A DNA stretch of 64,000 nucleotides, taken from positions 91,204,001-91,268,000 of the forward strand of contig NC_058368.1 in assembly GCF_018350175.1 (NCBI RefSeq). The letters are read 5' to 3'. The position numbers and the translations under genes were made by a program. Shown here in pieces: positions 1 to 13,850 of this stretch. The stretch comes from Felis catus (lineage: Eukaryota). The notes under the pieces were generated by a model. The model was not told where the DNA came from. It made no database searches and saw nothing but the letters and a program-made list of their open reading frames with translations. Every line of letters starts with the position of its first letter. Position 1 is the first letter of the stretch.

Positions 1-916
1 AAGAGATAAGCAGAGCTTTAGAAACACTGCAACCCAATCTCCAGGTTATGTGTTCCTGCTTGGATTAAGGTGGTTCCCTTGCACAGTAGCTATCCACCAG
101 AGAAAAAGGCAAATCTTCTCTGGAGGAACAGAACATTACCCAGAGCCTCTTCAGTCCTTCAAATACAGTATCAGGGATTCAATCCAAATGTACCAGGAAT
201 ACTAAGAAATTAAGTCAAGAGAAAAAACAGATAATAGACAAAGACCCATAGAACTCAGATACCAAAGTTACCAGACATGGATTTTAAGACATGTGTGATT
301 AATATGTTCAACAAAACAGATAAGAATAAGAATTTCAATAGCAGATTGGAACCAATGAATCAAATGAAAGTTCTAGAACTGAAGAATATAAATAATTGAA
401 ATTAAGAACTGAACGGATAGATTTAACAGTATATATTGGACATAGCAGAAGGGAGCAATAGTGCCCTGGAAAAATACATAAGCAGAAAATATCTATGATA
501 AAACTTGCAGAAAAAAATTAAAAAGAAGCATAGAAGGCATAATGAAGAGACTGAACATATGTGTAACAAGTTCTGGAATAGGGCAAGGAAAAGGGCAAAA
601 ATACTGTTTGAAAAAAAAAAGGCTAAAAAATGAATGTGAGAAGCACTAGGGATTCCAAGCAGGATAAATACAAAGAAAATCTACCTAAGCACAGCACAAT
701 AAAACTACTGAAAACCACTAAGTTTATCTTGATAGTTGCTTAAGAGAGAGAGAGAAAAAATACATTACTTCTAAAGGAGAAAAAAAATAAGACAGGTGAC
801 TTTTCAACAAAAACAATGAAGCCAGGAGACAATGAAATAACATCAGAAGTGTTGAAAGAACATAACTGCCAAACAGAATTCAAGAGAAAGAAAATATCCC
901 TAAAAAGTGAGTATGA

Positions 917-1140
917 GGGGTGCCTGGGTGGCTCAGTCAGTTAAGTGTCTGACTTCAGCTCAGGTTGTGGTCTCACGGTTTTTGAGTTCAAGCACTGCGT
1001 CCGGCTCTGTGCTGACAGCTCAGAGCCTGGAGCCTGCTTCAGATTTTGAGTCTCCCTTTCTCTCTGTCCCTCCCCTGCTCATGCTCTGTCTGCCTCTCAA
1101 TAATAAACGTTAAAAAAAAAATTTTTTTTAATAAAAAAAA
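917..1140 (+). mobile_element. Can-SINE (SINEC)
   Basis: ggggtgcctgggtggctcag head, (CT)n, A-tail. Confidence 0.9.
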
Positions 1141-1317
1141 GCAGAGTGAATATGAAATGGATACTTCCATATAAATAAAAACAGAGATGTGTCACCAGCA
1201 GACCCATATTTAAAGAAAACAACAACAGTAACAAGAGTGTTCTAGGCATAAGAAAATCCCACGTGGAAACATGGAAATGTAAGCAGGAATGAAAAGCAAT
1301 AGAAAAAGTAAATACAT

Positions 1318-1516
1318 GGGGGCACCTAGGTGGCTCAGTTGGTTAAGCATAGGACTTCGGCTCAGATCGTGCTCTCACAGTTCATGGGTTTGAGCCCTGT
1401 GTCGGGCTCTGTGCTAACAGCTCTGAGCCTGAAGCCTATGTCTCCTTCTCTGCCACTCCCCCACTTGCACTCTGTCTCTCTCTCAAAGATAAATAAACAT
1501 TAAAAAATTTAAAAAA

Positions 1517-1555
<39 letters not shown>
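1318..1555 (+). mobile_element. Can-SINE with (GAAA)n tail
   Basis: SINEC head and tail. Confidence 0.9.
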
Positions 1556-1556
<1 letters not shown>

Positions 1557-2641
1557 GTACGTGAATACATAGAAGTATTATCGCACACAATAATTATGTC
1601 TTGAGAGGTTGAAAATATATATGCAATGATATACATAGCAAAAATAACACAAAAGGTGAAAGAAAACAGAGTTAATATTTTAAGGTACTGGCATGGTCTG
1701 GGAATTATTAAAAGTAAAAAGTTATTTTGTTTAACAATAAGCTGGTTTTACTAATTAGACTTACCAATAAAGTCTAGTAGCTAAAAAAAAAATATATTAA
1801 CAAGCTAATACAGGATGAAAATCAAATAACAAAAAGTTAATTCAAGAGAAAACAAAATGGAAAAGATAATTTAAAGCAGGTGAGTAAAATAGAAAACAAT
1901 AAGATAACAGACATCCAATCTCATACATATTAGTAACTGATTTACATATTCTATTGAAAAACTAAGATTGTGAGACTAGATTGAAAAAAATCCAGCTAAA
2001 TGCCTATTAGAAGAGAAATACCAAAAATATAGACAGAAAAATATAGAAAAGAATGAAAAGGGTTTATCATGTAAGCACTAACCACAAGAATGGTAGTACA
2101 TGTATACTTAGACAAACTTTGCAATATTAGAAAGAGACTTTCAGATATTTCATACTGACAAAAGGGACAGTTCTCCAGGAACATGTAAGTAAATCTACAT
2201 TTGCACATAACTTCAAAATGTATAAAGTAGAAATTGAGAAAATGAAAAGCAAAAACAGAAATCTTAACAATCCTAGTAAGATATGTTCACACACCACTTT
2301 CAAAAACTCAGAAATCAAACCTTTAAGAATAGGGATGATCTCAACAATCCAAAAAACAAATCTGATTTAATAAATATACCTGATAACAGTATACCCAACA
2401 ATGACAGAATATATATTATTAGTGAATACAGAACATTTACTCAGGCTGACTATATACTGGGCTGTAAAGCAGTATGGACACATTTCACAGGACTGAGGTC
2501 ACTCAGAATACGTTCTCTGAACTCCATGGAATTAAGCTGGCAATGAATACCAAAACACCAAAAAGATACTTAAATAATCCACAGATATTTCTAAATTAAG
2601 CAATGCATTTCTAAAGACTTCCATCAAGACTAATCAGAACA

Positions 2642-3076
2642 GGGGCATCTGGGTGGCTCAGCTGGTTATGTGTCCAATTCTTGATTTCAGCTTAGGTCAT
2701 GATCTCATGGTTCTTGAGATTGAGCCCCCACATCAGGCTGACAGTGCAGGGCCTACTTAGGATTCTCTCTCCCTCTCTGTCCCTCCCCAGCTCATATGTG
2801 TGTATGCTATCTCTCTCTCTCATAAATAAACTTAAAAAAAAAAAGAAAAAAGAGGGGCGCCTGGGTGGCTCAGTCGGTTAAGCGGCCAACTTCGGCTCAG
2901 GTCATGATCTCGCAGTCAGTGAGTTCAAGCCCCGCATCGGGCTCTGTGCTGACAGCTCAGAGCCTGGAGCCTGTTTCAGATTCTGTGTCTCCCTCTCTCT
3001 GACCCTCCCCTGTTCATGCTCTGTCTCTCTCTGTCTCAAAAATAAATAAACGTTAAAAAAAAAATTAAAAAAAAAA
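2642..3076 (+). mobile_element. Two tandem Can-SINEs (2642-2851, 2854-3076) inside one TSD
   Basis: Flanking aagactaatca(a)gaaca at 2626-2641 and 3076-3092. Confidence 0.9.
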
Positions 3077-3574
3077 AGACTAATCAAGAACAGAGAGAAG
3101 GCACATATTAGTAATATCAATAATGATAAAGGTGACATCAGGACAGATTCCATGGAGACTTATATGACAATGACATAATGAGGAAAGTTTATGCTAATGA
3201 GTTTGGCCATTTAGATAAAAGGGTCAAATTCCTAGAAAGGTAAAATGTACCAAAACTGACCAAAAAAAAAAAAAAAAAAAAAAAAACAACAACAAAAAAC
3301 AAAATAACCAAAAAACCAACAACAAACAAAAAAAAAAACCCCAAACCAAACCAAACCAAAAACCAGAAAATTTGAATTGTCCTATATCAAATAAATGGAA
3401 TCTTCAATTTAAAACTTTCTCACAAAGAAACTGCCAGAGATAGCTTCACTAGTGAATTTGTCTAAACATTTAAGAAAGAAATAATACCAATCTTACACAA
3501 GCTCTTTCAGAGAAATGAAAAGAATGAACATATCTCATTGGTTTTATTAAGTTAGCACAACCTGATGAGAACAA

Positions 3575-3599
3575 TTTAAAACTTTATTTACTTAATTTT

Positions 3600-3630
<31 letters not shown>

Positions 3631-3821
3631 CAAGCACACGCACACAAGCAGCAGGGAGAGGCAGAGAGAGAAAGAAGGAGAGAGAGAATCCCAAGCAGTC
3701 TCTGGTGCTGTCAGAACGGAGTCCTGTGCAGGGCGGAGCTTGATCTCATGAACCGTGAGATCATTACCTGAGGCAAGATCTAGAGCTGGATGTTTGACCC
3801 ACTGAGCCATCTAGGTGCCCC
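3575..3821 (-). mobile_element. Can-SINE
   Basis: Reverse-complement SINEC. Confidence 0.88.
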
Positions 3822-5424
3822 AAGATGGGAACAACTTTTAAAAAATATAAAATCACAGACCATTCTTTCTCGTCAACACAGATGCAAAATTCCTAAACCT
3901 AGTATCAGCAAAAGGAATACAAAACCGTGACATAAAAAAGGATAATGGATCACGAGTAAGTTGAAATCTCAACGTTGTTTTCACATTTCAATCACACAAT
4001 GTTATTCACCATATTAACAAAATAAAGGAGAAAAAATCACATCATTATTTCAATAGAGGCTGAAATTGACCCAATTCAATACCTAGTCATGGTAAAATCT
4101 CAGTAAAGTAGAACATAACTTTCTTAATCTGATAAAGAGTATCTATAAAAATTCTACACCAAACATCACAATTATAAAATATTGAAAACATTCCTGAGAC
4201 TGAAATGAAAAAAAAATGCCTATTATCACAATTTCTATTTAACATTCTATTAAAAGTCTTAATCAGTGCAAGGTAAAGAAAGAGAAAAGAAAATCGGAAA
4301 AGAAAAAATTAAAATGTCATTATTCTCAGATAATATGATTATGTTCATACAAAAACACAAAATAATCTACTATTAGAATTAATAAGGGAACTTAGTAAAG
4401 TTGCCGGGCGTAAGATCAATATATAAAACCAATAGTCCATCTATATACCAGCAACAATTAATTGGAAAACTTTCAAAAGATATTTGTAATTGCATCAAAA
4501 ACAAAAAAATACTTATAAATATAGTGAAAGATGTGCAAGAACTATATACGTAAATCAACAAAAAATTTCAGAGAAATTATAAAGAAAATCTAAACAAATA
4601 CAGGGATACAACATAGTCACAGAATGGCATACTACCAATTCTTCCCATTTAGTCTACAGAGTCAGGCCAATTCTTATTAAACTCCCAGCAGGAATTTTGT
4701 GGAAATTGAAAAGTCAATTCAAAAATTCTGAAAGCAAACAAAAGAACAAAGCTGGAGGACTTACATCATCAAGTGTGACACTCATCATAATGTTAGAGTA
4801 ATTAAGACATTATTGTATTGGCACAAAATATGACAAAAAAGAATGAAACAGAATAGTCTAGAAACAGACCTATGTACAAATAGACAAATGCAAGAGACTA
4901 CAGAACCCAGAATCAGACTCATGCACAATGTAGTTGCCATATGTGTGACAAAGGAAATACTGCAATACAGTGGGAGAAAGATAGTCTTTTCAGTAAACCA
5001 TCCTGGGTCAACTGTATACCATATGAGAAATGAACAATAAATCTTCCACGTTGACTTCAGAACTAAGTATGAAAGACAAAGAATACAGCTGCTACAGGAA
5101 AACAAAGATGTTCATGGCCTTAAAGGTCTTATATAGAACACAAAAAGCATTAACCACAAGGGACAAAAAGAAAAACAAAACCACAAAAACCCATATCCTG
5201 ATTAACTGCACTGTCTTAAAAATTTAGAACTTGTTTATCAAATGACACTATTATTCAAGGTGGGAAGTATATATATTTGCATACATGACATTTGACGACT
5301 CAAATCCCAAATATGCAACCCTATCGATCATTAAGAAAAGATCAGACGGCTATATAGAAAGGGAAAGACTTATTCTTTACAAAAGAGAATATTAAAGAGA
5401 TTAAAAATAAAGAAGATCCCCAAT

Positions 5425-5640
5425 CATCTGGGTGGCTCAGTTGGTTGAACATCTGACTTTGGCTCAGGTAATTATCTCACAGTTTGTGAGTTTGTGTGAT
5501 CCCTGTGTCAGGCTCTGTGCTGACAGTTCAAAGCCTGGAGCCTGCTTTAGATTCTGGTGTCTCCCTCTCTCTCTCTGCCTCTCCCCTGCTCATGATCTGT
5601 CTCTCTCTCTTTCTCAAAAATAAATAAACATTAAAAAAAT
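5425..5640 (+). mobile_element. Can-SINE
   Basis: SINEC consensus. Confidence 0.88.
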
Positions 5641-6699
5641 AGCAAAGATGATCAATTTCATCAGTCATAAGTTGAGATACAACCCGGTATTCCATATATC
5701 CTCTAGAGTGGCAGAAGAAATGTTTAAATGGCAATACTGGGAACCCTCAAATACTGCTGGTTGAGGAACAGATTAGGATAGCCACTTTGGAAAACTCCTT
5801 GCTAGTGTCTACTAAAGCCTTCATACTCATGAACATAGTACTCCTACCTACATACCCAAGAGAAATATATACATATATTCTCTAAAAGACCTATAGAAAT
5901 GTTCAAAGCAGTACTATTCATAATAGCTCCAGGCTAGAAATCAAATGTTTAGCAACAGTAGAAAATAGAAATGGTAAGTTTACACTGTGAAATACTGTAC
6001 ATCAATGAGAATGAACCAACCACTGCTATACATGGATGAATGGCAAACATACGGCTGAAGGAAAGAAGCCAGATACAGAAGAGCACATACTGTATGATTC
6101 CACTTATATAAACTTTAAAAATAGGCCAAACAAAGCTATGGTCAGGGTAGTAGTTATGTTTAGAAAGAAAGAAATAGAGGGGATGGGAGATTTCTAACAT
6201 GCTGGTAACATTCTATTTCTTTTAGAAGTGCTGGTTATACAATATTTACACTGCAAAAATGTGCTGAATTTTACACTTAAAATTTGTGTATTTTTCTGGG
6301 TATTCAAAAAATGTTTGCTTAAAAAGATCTGGCAGATGGTTTTCAAAAAAGATACTGTGGGTCACCAAAAATAACCAATTGCCGGCTTTCTTTGAATTGT
6401 GATATCTATTAAAGCCTCTCCTCAACTGTGATAATAATAACACATCATCTATATATAAGAGAGTATTTGTCTTCTTAATGTTTAGTGTTATAAGAGAACA
6501 CTCATCTAATCAAGAGAGGAGTCAAACGCACCCAAGTTTTACCACACTGAAGACGAACTGAGTGAGGAGAGACTGGACCCACTGAAGATATGAGCACACA
6601 GAATCTGCTCTCATCAAGGCCCAGGTCACTTCAGGTTGGGCTGAATTAACCTGGCTGCATTGTCCTATGTTAAAAAAGGACAAAGTATAGTTAAAAACA

Positions 6700-6944
6700 T
6701 TTTTTTAAAATGTTTTATTTATTCTTGACAGAGAGAGACAGAGCACTAGCAGGGGGCAGCGGGTGGGCGGGGGGGGAGGGTGGGGCGTTGGGGCAGAGAG
6801 AACGGGAGACACAGAATCCGAAAGCAGGCTCCAGGCTATGAGCTGGCAGCACAGAGCCCAACACAGGGCTCAAACTCACAAACCATGAGACCATGACCTG
6901 AGCTGGAATTGGATGCTTAACTGACTGAGCCACCCAGGCGCCCC
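6700..6944 (-). mobile_element. Can-SINE
   Basis: Reverse SINEC, TSD caaagtat(a/g)gtt. Confidence 0.88.
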
Positions 6945-7054
6945 GGCAAAGTATGGTTTTAAACTCTATAAACCCAGGATTCCTGCTTCTAGGCACGTCC
7001 CTTAGTGAAAACATATGTCCACGAAGAGCATACGAACTAAAAGACATCCACACA

Positions 7055-7251
7055 GTGGCATCTGGGTGGCTCAGTCAGTTAAGCGTCCAACTTCGGCTCA
7101 GGTCATGATCTCGCAGTTTTTGGTTTGGGCCCTGCATCCAGCTCCTTGCTGACAGTGTAGAGCCTGCTTGGGATTCTCTCAGTCTCCCTCTCTCTCTGAC
7201 CCTCCCCTATTCTCTCTCTCTCAAAATAAATAAATAAACTTAAAAAAAAAA
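7055..7251 (+). mobile_element. Can-SINE
   Basis: TSD aaaagacatc(c/t)aca. Confidence 0.88.
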
Positions 7252-7916
7252 GACATCTACATAAACCTCTGTACCAGAATGTTCACAGCAGCCTTAGCCA
7301 AAGGCTGAAAACACCCAAATGTTCACCAGTGATGAATGATCAGTGCTATCTCCAGACGACAGAGTGCTAACTCAGTGATGGCAAAGAACTACTGACATCT
7401 GAAACAGCAAGGAGGAATCTCGAAGCTTCTTTGCTAAGTGACCGTCAAACACAGAGGAGAACATGCTGTAGAGTCCCATTTGCATGAAATCCTGGGAAGA
7501 TAAACTCAGAATGGCAGAGGCAGATGACTGGTTGCCAGGGCCTAGGGATGGGGCAGGAGGGGGGGCGGGGAGTTAACTGCAAAGATGTCAGAGGGAACTC
7601 TTAGGTTAGGGATAACAGAAATGTCATTATTTGGAAGCAATTACACCAAATAATCGGCTAAAAGAAGAGAAAAGTGGCTACCTCTCCAGTGGGGAGAATA
7701 GGGAAAAGGGGTCACTGTTTTTTGTAATAAAAACTGTAGTTTCATTAAATGCGTGCATTACTGTGATAAAACTTACTACTAAAAATAAAGAACAGAATAA
7801 ACTCCAATGAAGTCAAAAGACAGAAATACTGGGAAAAAAAAAATCAATGAATAGATCAAGATAAAATAGAAAGGACCAGCAGAGTCAAACATTTATTCAT
7901 TAAAAAGTCTATTAAA

Positions 7917-8125
7917 GGGTCACCTGAGTGGCCCAGTCAGTTAGCTGTCCTACTCTTTGTTTCGGCTCAGGTCATGATCTCACGGTTTGTGGGGTTCAAG
8001 CCCCACACTGGGCTCTGTGCTGACAGTGTGGAACCTGCTTGGGGTTATCTCTCCCCCTCTCTCTGCCCCCTCCCTGTTTGTTCTCTTTCTCTCTCTCTCT
8101 CAAAAATAAACATAAAAAAAAAAAA
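7917..8125 (+). mobile_element. Can-SINE
   Basis: TSD aaaagtct(a/g)ttaaa. Confidence 0.88.
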
Positions 8126-8997
8126 GTCTGTTAAAAAGCAAACCTCTCACAAGACTTCAACAGAAAGAAAAAAAAAGACGAAAGTTGAATATTATTAGAA
8201 ATTCATGCTTCCATTCAACCAAGTCCTTCCCTAATGGATCTAAGGGTAGAAAGGATCATTTAAACACAACACAAAAAGCATGAAGAAAAAGACCATTAAG
8301 GCAAAAGACTGATATATTTTACTTTGTTAATTAAGAACTTCTGTTAACAAAGAAAAAGATAAGCTATAAAGTGACACACTTATTTGATTCCTGAATAAAT
8401 AGGACTTTTTACAAATGACTAAGAAAAAGATGAACTGTAATAGAAAAATGGGCAAAGAATATGAATATGTAAGTCTCAGAGCACAAATTATCAACACACG
8501 AAAAGGCTTCCAATTTCACGAGTAAACAAGGAAATGGAAATCAAAACTACAGGGAGATACCAGTTTGCAGGAATGGGGCTAGGAGAATTTTTAAAAGTCT
8601 ATCAGTTCCAAATTTTGGCAAGAAAGTAAAGTCACAAGAATTTGCCTGAACTGTGAGTATAATCTGGAACAACTAACTTAACCAGGAATCTGGAACAGTC
8701 TCGAAGAGCTGAAGAAGCATGTACCCTTAAGCCCACTACTTCTACACCTGTGCATACACCTTAAAAAGACTCCCAGTGAAGGCTTGTGTATATAAGGAAA
8801 CATGTATAAGAACATTCAGTCTGCATTATTCCAAACAGCAAAGTCTAGAAACAACCCACAGGTCTACCAGCAACAGAATGGATAAATTTAAGGTGTCATC
8901 ATTGAAGGAATATCAAAGTGCCGAAGTACACATCTCAGTAAGGGTTTAAAAAGACCAACTTGTGGAAACTGTACAATACACATATCAAACTTAAAAA

Positions 8998-9188
8998 ATT
9001 TTTTTTGAATTAAAAAAAATTTTGAGAGAGAGCTACAAGTAGGGGAAGGGCAGAGAGAGACAGAGGATCTGAAGTGGGTTCCACGCTGTCAGCACAGAGC
9101 CCAACAAGGAGCTCGAACCCACGAACTGCGAGATCATGACCTGAGCCAAAGTCGGACACTCAACCAACTGAGCCACCCAGGTGTCCCC
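8998..9188 (-). mobile_element. Can-SINE
   Basis: Reverse SINEC, TSD catatca(a/g)actt. Confidence 0.85.
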
Positions 9189-9489
9189 ATATATCAGACT
9201 TTAAAGCACACAAAGCTAAATAACATTGCTCAGGGCTCCAGATAAATGTGGTAAAACCATGAAGAACAGTGCAGGAGCTGCTGGTGGAAAATTCAAGCTA
9301 GTGGCTCTCTCTGACATTGAAGGGAGAAGGGGCAGTGACACGGAGCATATTGGACTTCCCATGTGCCCCTACGTTTTATTTCTTAAGTTGGACAGTGGGA
9401 TATGGGTGTCATTTCTTTTTTCTTCAAACTTTAAAAAATACCACATATTCTCTTTTGTGTATATAATGTACAGTAAGCAAAATATGCTT

Positions 9490-9733
9490 ATTTTATTTTA
9501 TTTTATTTTATTTTATTTTATTTTTTTAGTTTATTTATTTATTTTGAGAAAGAGAAACAGAGAACAAGGCAGGGAGGGACAGAGAGAGAGAGAAGGAGAG
9601 TGAGAATCCCAAGCAGGCTCCATGCTGTCAGCACAGAGCCCTACTTGGGGCTCCATCTCATGAACTGCAAGATCATGACCTGAGCTGAAACCAAGAGTCA
9701 GACGCTTAACTGACTGAGCCACCCAGGTGCTCC
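9490..9733 (-). mobile_element. Can-SINE with (TTTTA)n tail
   Basis: Reverse SINEC. Confidence 0.88.
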
Positions 9734-11423
9734 AAAATATGTTTATTTTAAGTAAAACAAGGGAATAATAACAAGTGTAGAAATAAAATAACAACCTGTA
9801 AGAGTAATAAGTAAGGGCTGGTTCCCTGAAAAAAAAATTCCAACAAATTTAAGAGGGAAAAAAGAAGCAGATAAAATTGGAAACATGCAAGAGGACATCG
9901 TATAAAGTGTTAAAATTATAGACGAATCCTATGGCCAATTGTAAACAAATACGCTTCATGGCTAAAAAAAAAAGACAGTTTAAAACTAACTGGTAAAAAT
10001 GTACAACTGATGTAACAGAAAGAAATCTAAACAGATTAATAAATACAAACTGTAGGAAGTTATTAACACACTACCCAAATTAAGGGATCAGGTAGTTTTA
10101 TTTAGACTTACTGAGTAAACAATTTCTGGGTAACTGAAGCTATTTTGGAGAAGGGGAAAAAAGAAGTTTGAGAGCCAGATGGCTTCACCCCAATCCTGAC
10201 TCGCCAGGAGACGGCAACATTAAATCTGTCCAAATGAACTAACCACACTGAGGCTTGGTTTTCTGTAAGTGCAGTTAATCATACTTCCCTCACAGGTTGT
10301 GAGGACTGAATGGGGCAGTTCATATAAATTCCCTCAAAAAACACCCAGCACAGTGATGGTCCCAGCTGCTCAAATGCCAGCTCTCTTCTCCCTCCACTAG
10401 CTCATGGCCCAGAGGGGATAAAATCTATCAGAAGCATTACAACTGAAAAGTGTCTGTTCTAAACCAATGGTAATTGGTGCAGAAATGGACAAGTTCTAGA
10501 TCCAATTCCTACAAAATGAGAGATGAACCTAATACCACTGTTTCATATGGTTTCTGAAGTCATAGTCATGATCAAGAGAAACAGAAATAAGAAAAACCCA
10601 AATTAAAAATGATCTAATGAACACTTTAAGAATAATAATCAGAGAGTCACAGGAGGGCAATAAATACTTGGAAAGGACTACCACCTCTTGGTAGCAGCAA
10701 TTTCCGGTTAAAGAACAAAAGAGAAGATGGTTCTATTCAAAAGTAAAAATATGTCTTCAATAGATAATGAGAGGAACAGCTATAAAACTTTATTGGGAAA
10801 CATAAAATAACACTTCTTTCCATGTCTGACTGGCTAGCCACTGGTCATCCCCCATGAATCGGCTCCAGGTTTGGGATGTCCAGGCAATTCAGAAACACAA
10901 GGTGCTAGACCCAGAGGGTCGGGAAAGGCACCTGGGACGGCCTGACCCATGACCACCTGGTTTTTCATATCATTACCCACACCTGACTTCTAGGCATGAA
11001 ACTCCCTCATATTCCTAATCCCCTCCCACCCCTAGCAAGTACAATAAAGAACTAGTCGTAACGATGAATAAAGAATGGATGATGTTGTTAGTTAGGCCAG
11101 AGTGGTGGGACAGTGGATGAATTTCTTTTAATTCCCCACCCCCTTTTATTTTGCTAGAACACTGCTTATACAATACAGAATGAAATATTAAAAATGCCTT
11201 AGCTTAGTTATAACAGAACATACAAATTCAGAATGCTACTGGAGTAACTTAGAAGATTTTTTTTTTTTTTAGACAACTGAGTTTTAGAGCTAAGACATTT
11301 AAATTCTATAATAGACTGGGTCCTAGACATTTCAGGTGTAGTTATTTAGTGTAGGCTATAAATCCCTGCCTTTTTTGCTGGGTGATAAATCAGTAACAAA
11401 GGCTTAAAAAAAAATATTTTCCA

Positions 11424-11880
11424 GGGGCACTTGGGTGGCTCAGTCAGTTAAGCATCTCAACTTTAGCTCAGGTCATGATCTCATGGTTGGTGGGATCGAG
11501 CCCTGTGTCAGGCTCTGCACTGGCAGTACGGAGCCTGCTTGGGATTCTGTCTCCCTCTCTCTCTTTGCCCCTCCCCAACTTGCACTGTCTCTGTCTCTCT
11601 GAAAATAAACTTAAAAAAATTTATTTTTATTACTTAAGTTTATTTGAGAGAAAGACAGACCGCGAGTGGGGGAAGGACAGAGAGGGAGACACAGAATCCC
11701 AAGCAGGCTCCAGGATCTGAGCTGTCAGCACAGAGCCCGACGCAGGGCCTGAACTCACGAACTGCAAGATCATGACCTGAGCCGAAGTCGGACGCTTAAC
11801 CGCCTGAGCCACCCAGGCACCCCCCAAAAAATAAAATAAAAATAAAAATAAAAATAATAAAAATAAAATAAATAAGAACA
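11424..11880. mobile_element. Can-SINE (+, 11424-~11620) with a second SINE (-, ~11620-11825) inserted inverted into its A-tail
   Basis: The tail resumes as (AAAATA)n 11826-11876; outer TSD a(t/c)attttcca. Confidence 0.88.
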
Positions 11881-12618
11881 TTTTCCAGCCTATAAAATGC
11901 TAGCTAAAAGTGAAATGTCGTAACGTCTTGGATAAGGCAATATGCTCTCTAGAATATTCAGGAGCAAGGAGAGGCACCCCTGTTCCCACTCTTAAGCTAC
12001 CAGACCCAAAGGGCTCCGTAAGACAAGCAGAAACCACTTAATTGTCATGTTCTCTGTATCCAAAGGCTACAAGTCTATGTCACCTATTAAGTGCCAAGTG
12101 AGTGATACAAGCCCGGCTTCACTCTCATGGTGCTTACGACCCAGTGTGGTGCTGGCAAAAGGCAGAGAATAATTAAACACTGGCTGAATATATGTGCACA
12201 TGGGTGCACAGATATGAAGGCGGTGGAAGAAGTGTGCAATGGTTAGCTAGAAGAGCTGCCTCAGAAGGCAGTTGGTTAACTGGCCCATATGACCAGAAGA
12301 TGCCCTGCTGCGTGTAACCGTCACTGGAGAAATGTCGGTGAGCAGACTTCACCATTCGATGCTAAACGAGACAAAAGGACACGTGAGTGTGGCATGCGGG
12401 GAGCTGCCCAGATTACAATGGACACTTTTTCCAAACTGGAGGCTATTGATCTATGCCAAATAGGGAGAGAAGAAAACTCACAGATGGGAGGGTCCATGTG
12501 CCCACAGGGCAATAAGATGCTGAGGTGAACAAGAAGGGAAAAGATGTTGCTTCTCAGTCCACAGGCCTGGAATATTTGCTGAGTTCCTCCTGAAGCCCCC
12601 CAGGTGCATGGTTCTTAC

Positions 12619-12708
12619 CAAGACAGAAGCCTGCTGAGGTGTCCTCCAGCATCCACTCTTCTCCTTTTCCCAGCTGGGACAACACATCTGGTTGGGGTCC
12701 TAAGAGTC
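12619..12708 (-). CDS. ZNF454: ZNF454 coding exon, KRAB-B box ((G)LLGPQPDVLSQLGKGEEWMLEDTSAGFCL); the final zinc-finger exon lies left of the window
   Basis: 90-nt phase 1-1 exon bounded by cag| (12711-12709) and |gtaag (12618-12614); resembles recalled human ZNF454 GLLGPKPDTFSQLEKREVWMPEDTPGGFCL. Confidence 0.88.
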
Positions 12709-13092
12709 CTGTTTTTGAGGGGAAAAAGAGACCACATCTGTTCATACCAGCGATAATATCATTGCAAGGAGATCTGGTCCTGGGGACTTCCTGGAAAAGG
12801 TGACCCAATAGGAAGGCCACGGGACAGATGAATTCCCAGGAGGAAGAAAAGATGGCTGGGGCCCAGCACAATCTGGTCCCATGTCCTTCTCCCTGTTGAA
12901 AGGGAGAGAGGATTCAACCTAGTCACCTTTGAAGCATCTGCACTTAGACTCCAACAAAACAGTCATGTACCTGGGACACCAGGGGTAGGCATGCAGTGCC
13001 CTGAAGATAACATCTTCAATCAGCCCACTCCCAGTCCAGTGTTCTGGATGGAACCAGTTTAAGAGTTTATAAGGGTCCGCAAGAGATCCCTA

Positions 13093-13362
<270 letters not shown>

Positions 13363-13529
13363 TTAGCATAGAGCAGGCTGGGGTTCTGTGACAACATGAG
13401 CATTTCCTCAGGGGCTCCTAGGGGCCGGGCTTTTGCCAGACTTTGTTTCCTGCTTTGCAGAAACATATACTGTGAAGAAGATATGCTTCTATGCTTCCTC
13501 AGCACTGAGACTTCAGACTTGCTGTTCCC

Positions 13530-13850
13530 TTTTTTTTTTAAATAAAGTTCTAAAGTTTATTTTTGTGAGAGTGAGAGTACACACACAAGCAGGGGGAGGG
13601 GCAGAGAAAGAGAGAAAGACAGAGCACAAGCAGGGCAGGGGAGGAGGGAGGGGGGGAGAGGGAGGGAAGGAGAGGGAAAGAGAGAGGGAGAAGAGAGAGG
13701 GAGAAGAGAGAGAGAGAGAGAAAACCGAAGCAGGCTCCAGGCTCCAAGCTGTAGGTGCAGAGCCCAATGTGGGGCTCAAGCTCACAAATCCTGAGATCAT
13801 GACCTGAGCTGAAGTCAGGACACTCAGCTGACTGAACCACCCAGGCACCC
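13530..13850 (-). mobile_element. Can-SINE with expanded purine-rich region
   Basis: Reverse SINEC. Confidence 0.88.

Larger units (their letters stand above)
1..6320 (+). mobile_element. Old, highly decayed LINE-1 (ORF1-, ORF2- and 3'-UTR-like segments) interrupted by SINEs, in a ZNF454 intron
   Basis: A-rich L1-like motifs (endonuclease-like ~2000-2550, RT-like ~3400-4400, 3' end ~5650-6320), no intact ORF. Confidence 0.8.
6950..11180 (+). mobile_element. Patchwork of old L1 fragments with SINE and MIR insertions
   Basis: L1 3'-like motifs (gaatgttcacagcagcc, aaatgggcaaagaatatgaa, gaaacaacccaca); MIR-like 10170-10360. Confidence 0.6.

Noticed and set aside
6540..6625. Two CTGAAGA motifs with a hairpin, suggestive of a hammerhead ribozyme core
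   Set aside because: No properly placed GAAA or three-stem junction found
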